From positions 8,290 through 72,289 of the forward strand of contig CAZXHH010000002.1 of assembly GCA_964639615.1 (NCBI GenBank): 64,000 nucleotides of DNA, read 5' to 3'. This document shows positions 59,941 through 64,000 of the stretch, one piece after another; position 1 is the first letter of the stretch, and each line of letters begins with the position of its first letter. Below the pieces are notes generated by a model. The model made no database searches, was not told the origin of the DNA, and saw only the letters and a list, made by a program, of their open reading frames with translations. Made by a program: the position numbers and the translations under genes. Source of the stretch: Candidatus Woesearchaeota archaeon (GTDB lineage Archaea; Nanobdellota; Nanobdellia; Pacearchaeales; GW2011-AR1).

Positions 59941-61899
59941 CTAATCTGCCTTCCAAGAAGCATACAAAGGTCCAATAATCTCCTTGCCTGAGTCTGTTAT
60001 GCTTACAGGATAAATCTCTATTTTAAGCAATTTTCCTTCAAGCTTTCCTGTCAAATCAAAATTATAATTGACTGTTACAAGCTGATTATTCAGTCTGTCT
60101 ACTCTTTCAATATAAGAAGAAGTAGAATTTGAAAATTTAATCATGATGTGATTAACATTAGTAATTGCTGTTGAAGAACTTGTAATAGCATTTACAACCT
60201 GCTGATAAATTTCAATTAAAGAGCTTATATTTATAGCAGAATAATAATTTCCTTCTCCACATATAGAAATATTTTTCAAAGCTTCTTCATTTACAAGTTC
60301 TCCTGCTCCAATAGCATGAACAACTAAATCCCCTAAAAGAGTTACAGCATCGCAAGCAGATTGAGTTGCATCTGTAATTGCATCGCCTGTATTTTGTTCT
60401 GGACACTCCTGCCCAGCTTCTCCATCACTCATCACAATAATCTTTTTTGATTTCTCTTCACTCGATTGCAAATCTAATTTATCTGCAGCCTCATTTATTC
60501 CGCAACAAATACAAGTTCCAGTATAGGGTTGCCAAGCATCAATTGTTTGATTTAACAATGCTCCATTGTTTGTTAAGTCTACACTTTCGGAATCTAAAAA
60601 GCTAGTGCTATATGCAACTAAACCTACCCTATTTTGATTTGATGCACTTAGAAGAGAGACTGCCATCTGTTTGTTTGCTTCTTTTGTAGGAGTTAACATA
60701 TCTACCCAACTTGCATTCTTATAAAAAACAACAGGTGTAGAATAGCCTGCTGTTGAAAGTCCAGAGATAATTGTAGAATTTGCATTCCATCTATTTTGAG
60801 AAACACTCCAGACATATCCATTAAATGCAGAACTTAATTCTCCTGAAATCATATATAAGGAAGAATCTTTGTAAAAAACATAAGGAGTTGACCTATCTCC
60901 AATATCTACTAAATTACTTACAATAGTTGAATTAACAATCCAATTTGTCCCATTCCAAATAAATCCATTAAATGTTCCAGCACTATTTCCTGAAATTAAA
61001 TATAAATTTGCACCTTTGTAAAATACTGTTGGTGCAGAATTGCTTCCTATATCAGGTAAAGAAGCATTAACTGTGAAATTAATTTCCCAATGATCAAGAT
61101 TCCAGCTAAATCCATTAAATGTTCCTGCACTATTTCCTGAGATCAAATATAAATTTGCACCTTTGTAAAATATAGCAGGTGTAGAATAATCTCCTACATC
61201 TGGAAGAGAAGCATTTATTATTGAATCAGGGACCCAATTTAAAAAATCCCAAATATATCCATTAAAATTACCTGTAGACTCTCCAGACAATAAATATAAA
61301 GAATTATTCTTATAAAAAACAGCAGGTGCTGAATTAGAACCAATATCTGCTAGGTTAGTTGTTATTCCCGAATTTGAAGCCCAAGTAGTATCAAAACTAA
61401 ATCCATTAAACAAACCACTACTTCTTCCTCTTATTAAATACCAGCTTCCAGAACATCCTGGAGCAGAAAGACAATTTGTTCCTTGATCAGTATCTGCACC
61501 ATAACCTATTCTATTATCAGAATTATAACTTGTTCCATGAATTATATTTGTACGACAACTACTCGATACACCAATACACTGAGTCATGCTACCAGATAAA
61601 TCTACAACAGAATAAACATCTGTTGGAACAACTTCAGTTATGATAGTAATATTTTTCTTTTGTGTTACATTAACTTTCTCGCCTTCAATTTTTATTAGAG
61701 AGATATTAACCAAAGGCTCATTAATTCTAACAGACATTTCGACTCTCTCATTAAAAAATTCTTTTCTCAAAGCAACTCCTTCAGATTGACTGATTATTAA
61801 ATTTTTAACAACAACCCAAATTATCATGATTGCAATGAAAGTTAACATTATAATTAGAAGAGTTGCTATTATTGACGACATTCCCCTCTTTTTTATCAT
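59941..61899 (-). CDS. Pilin-like (class III signal peptide) adhesin with ~49 aa tandem repeats and a C-terminal vWA domain
   Basis: N-terminus MIKKRGMSSIIATLLIIMLTFIAIMIIWVVV (basic residues, then Gly, then a hydrophobic stretch). At least five repeats of (S/A)(T/A)P.VFYK...LY.ISG.S.G.FNG. vWA motifs VGLVAYST and IIVMSDGEA. Confidence 0.6.
   Translation of the reverse strand: MIKKRGMSSIIATLLIIMLTFIAIMIIWVVVKNLIISQSEGVALRKEFFNERVEMSVRINEPLVNISLIKIEGEKVNVTQKKNITIITEVVPTDVYSVVDLSGSMTQCIGVSSSCRTNIIHGTSYNSDNRIGYGADTDQGTNCLSAPGCSGSWYLIRGRSSGLFNGFSFDTTWASNSGITTNLADIGSNSAPAVFYKNNSLYLLSGESTGNFNGYIWDFLNWVPDSIINASLPDVGDYSTPAIFYKGANLYLISGNSAGTFNGFSWNLDHWEINFTVNASLPDIGSNSAPTVFYKGANLYLISGNSAGTFNGFIWNGTNWIVNSTIVSNLVDIGDRSTPYVFYKDSSLYMISGELSSAFNGYVWSVSQNRWNANSTIISGLSTAGYSTPVVFYKNASWVDMLTPTKEANKQMAVSLLSASNQNRVGLVAYSTSFLDSESVDLTNNGALLNQTIDAWQPYTGTCICCGINEAADKLDLQSSEEKSKKIIVMSDGEAGQECPEQNTGDAITDATQSACDAVTLLGDLVVHAIGAGELVNEEALKNISICGEGNYYSAINISSLIEIYQQVVNAITSSSTAITNVNHIMIKFSNSTSSYIERVDRLNNQLVTVNYNFDLTGKLEGKLLKIEIYPVSITDSGKEIIGPLYASWKAD
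60965..61025. repeat. ~60 nt near-identical direct repeat, copy 1 (copy 2 at 61111-61172), period ~147 nt
   Basis: ccattaaatgttcc(a/t)gcactatttcctga(a/g)at(t/c)aaatataaatttgcacctttgtaaaata occurs twice within the adhesin gene. Confidence 0.8.
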
Positions 61900-62115
61900 A
61901 AACTATTAAGGAAATACGAATATATTAAGTTTATCTTTGTAGAATTAATTATTCTCCTTACACCAAAGTATAGAGTTTCCTGAGAAATGTTAAATTAGCA
62001 TAATAAAATTCTATCGATTATTATAGTGTCAAATATATTGAGCAACTAATATCAATATGACAAACCACTGTTATAGATAACTAATTCATTCTGAAGAACG
62101 CAAATTTATTTTAAT

Positions 62116-63507
62116 CTAATTATTCTCTTCTTCTAAATCTCTTCTTGTTCTAGGTTCAAGCATGAAGAAAGCCTGATTTGAATGAGCTTCTTTTACTTTT
62201 CCTTCTCTTTCATAAACTGCAGTTGTAGAAGGCAAAGCAAACTTACCTAAAACTCCAATCTTTGAATAAATTATATATGAGAAAACTCTTCTTTCTCCTG
62301 GTTGCATTCTTTCAAAATTCCATTCAATTCTTCTGTTCTTTTCATCTATTCTTGAAGGTCTTTCTCCTCCAAACTTCTCGTGTACTTTTGCAATAAATGG
62401 AAGTCTATCAATTACACTTATTTTTTCTATGAAATTCTTAGCTTCAACTAAAACCATAACCTTAAGTGCAAATTCTCCACCTTTAGCATTAACAAACATT
62501 ACTTTCTTCTTTAATACAATATTTCTATTTGAAGTTAATTTAACAACAATTACAACTAATACAATCAATAAGATAATTGCAAAAGGGAGTATCCAATTAG
62601 TTCTAACAGTTATTGTTAATGCCTCTCCAGGAGGGATTTCATTAGACCAAGTATAGTATACTAAAAAGCCATTTCTTTCAACAGTATTTGGCTCTGGGCT
62701 AAAATGAGTGAATAGTCTTGAAACAACATTTTTTCTAATAACAGTTTCTGTCTTTGCAAGCACATTTCCTTCATTCACTTTTTCAATTACATTTGTATTT
62801 ATTATAACTCCATAAGTCTTTTTATTTGTTGTAAGAATATCTTTTTCTGTAAACTTAAGTGTGCCTTCAAGATTTCCATTTAAGCCTTTAGCCTCAACAT
62901 CTGCATGGAAAGTATAATATCCTGCCATCAATTTTTTGAAATCATCTTTATTAAGAGTTATTGAAAAATCATTTCTCTGGTTTGGACCTAAACTAAATTC
63001 TTTTTCAAAATCAAAAAATGCAGAAGTAAAATGAACATTTACATTTTCAAAGTTATAATTTACTTTATTATGAATATATACTGTAAGTGTTGTTGAATCT
63101 GGGTCAAACTCAGCAGAGCCTATTTCAAATGCATCTGCAAAATTTAAAATATCTAATGTTAAGGGGTTTTGAATTGAATCTCCTTCAGAATCTCTTATAA
63201 AATAATCAAAAGTATAATATCCTGCTTTAATTTTTTCAGGAGGATAGATTTCAAGAGCAATATCTTTTGTTTCTCTTGTATTTAATAAAACAGCTCCTTT
63301 AGGATTTAAATCCTGACTAAAATAGCTATAAAAGAAAATATTTTGTTCTGAACCTTTATTAGTAACTTCTAAATTAAAAACTGCAGGGTCATCTAATCCA
63401 ATAATATAAACCTCATTAGAACTCTTTTTTTCAACATTAATATTTAATGCGAACATGAACGGCATTACTAAAATCAATGCTGCAAATAATACAAACACCT
63501 TTTTCAT
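62116..63507 (-). CDS. Surface protein: signal peptide, large ectodomain, one TM, ~120 aa cytoplasmic domain
   Basis: Signal peptide VFVLFAALILVMPFMFA. TM helix ILPFAIILLIVLVVIVV followed by KLTSNR. Confidence 0.5.
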   Translation of the reverse strand: MKKVFVLFAALILVMPFMFALNINVEKKSSNEVYIIGLDDPAVFNLEVTNKGSEQNIFFYSYFSQDLNPKGAVLLNTRETKDIALEIYPPEKIKAGYYTFDYFIRDSEGDSIQNPLTLDILNFADAFEIGSAEFDPDSTTLTVYIHNKVNYNFENVNVHFTSAFFDFEKEFSLGPNQRNDFSITLNKDDFKKLMAGYYTFHADVEAKGLNGNLEGTLKFTEKDILTTNKKTYGVIINTNVIEKVNEGNVLAKTETVIRKNVVSRLFTHFSPEPNTVERNGFLVYYTWSNEIPPGEALTITVRTNWILPFAIILLIVLVVIVVKLTSNRNIVLKKKVMFVNAKGGEFALKVMVLVEAKNFIEKISVIDRLPFIAKVHEKFGGERPSRIDEKNRRIEWNFERMQPGERRVFSYIIYSKIGVLGKFALPSTTAVYEREGKVKEAHSNQAFFMLEPRTRRDLEEENN

Positions 63508-63556
63508 GAGAAAATTAAATAAAATTCATATTTAAGTATTTCGGTTCTCTTATTTA

Positions 63557-63946
63557 TTATTTCTTTCCCTCTAAATCCAAGAATGCCTTAGCTTGTCCAA
63601 GGAATTCATTGCAATCAGAAACAAGTTTTCCTTCATATTCTTTTATTCTAGAGACAATAACCCACTTTTCATAAATCCCTCTCATAAATTTCTGAGTAGA
63701 AGTTTTTTCAAATTTACCGTCATAATCTCTAATTAAAGTACCTTTAATTGCAACTTCGATACTTCCTTTATTCATCTTTATTTTTTTGTTATCTTTTGTA
63801 ATCTCAACATTAGTTAAACCTAAAACTTCAAACTTAACATCCACCTGGAATTTGAAATAATCAGTTACTTTTCTTCCACCACTCCATTCAACTTTTATAT
63901 TCTTTGCATCTCCCGATATTTTCTCTGCATATTTGTTTTCAATCAT
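63557..63946 (-). CDS. Hypothetical protein (129 aa)
   Basis: ORF only. Confidence 0.4.
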   Translation of the reverse strand: MIENKYAEKISGDAKNIKVEWSGGRKVTDYFKFQVDVKFEVLGLTNVEITKDNKKIKMNKGSIEVAIKGTLIRDYDGKFEKTSTQKFMRGIYEKWVIVSRIKEYEGKLVSDCNEFLGQAKAFLDLEGKK

Positions 63947-64000
63947 ATCAAACCCTGCTTCTTCTGCAAGCCACTGATAACAGAATTTGTAAAAACTCTT

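Noticed and set aside
1-64000. Scan for a CRISPR array, rRNA genes, transposase or integrase genes, and terminal inverted repeats of IS elements.
   Set aside because: I found no short regularly spaced direct repeats, no rRNA-like conserved stretches and no DDE, tyrosine or serine recombinase motifs. All repeats seen are intragenic protein-coding tandem repeats.

Overview
This is a 64 kb, visibly AT-rich, gene-dense stretch with archaeal informational genes on both strands. Recognised genes are a thermosome (group II chaperonin), ribosomal proteins L10e, L35Ae, S10 and S6e, aIF2-gamma, aIF5B, seryl-tRNA synthetase, a DEAD-box helicase, a RecJ-like DHH nuclease, a Trm11-like tRNA methyltransferase, and gyrB/gyrA split by three small inserted genes. 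Four tRNAs are present: Gly-GCC, Val-TAC, Asp-GTC and an intron-containing Tyr-GTA. Between the housekeeping genes lie many secreted or surface proteins. They carry signal peptides, are Cys-rich or rich in N-x-S/T sequons, and contain internal tandem repeats; one is a pilin-like vWA adhesin. Other genes are two CPA2-RCK antiporters, a MacB-type ABC exporter, radical-SAM enzymes, two Pol-beta-type nucleotidyltransferases and a standalone Cas4-like nuclease. I found no rRNA, CRISPR array, transposase or integrase. By inference only, the composition and gene set fit a small-genome DPANN-type archaeon. The candidates I rank as most unusual are listed first in the findings. They are a receptor-like membrane protein with a cytoplasmic HNH nuclease, the acidic/Zn-ribbon/HD genes translationally coupled inside the gyrase operon, a compact five-gene operon of unknowns between two nucleotidyltransferase genes, and the pilin-like adhesin cluster.
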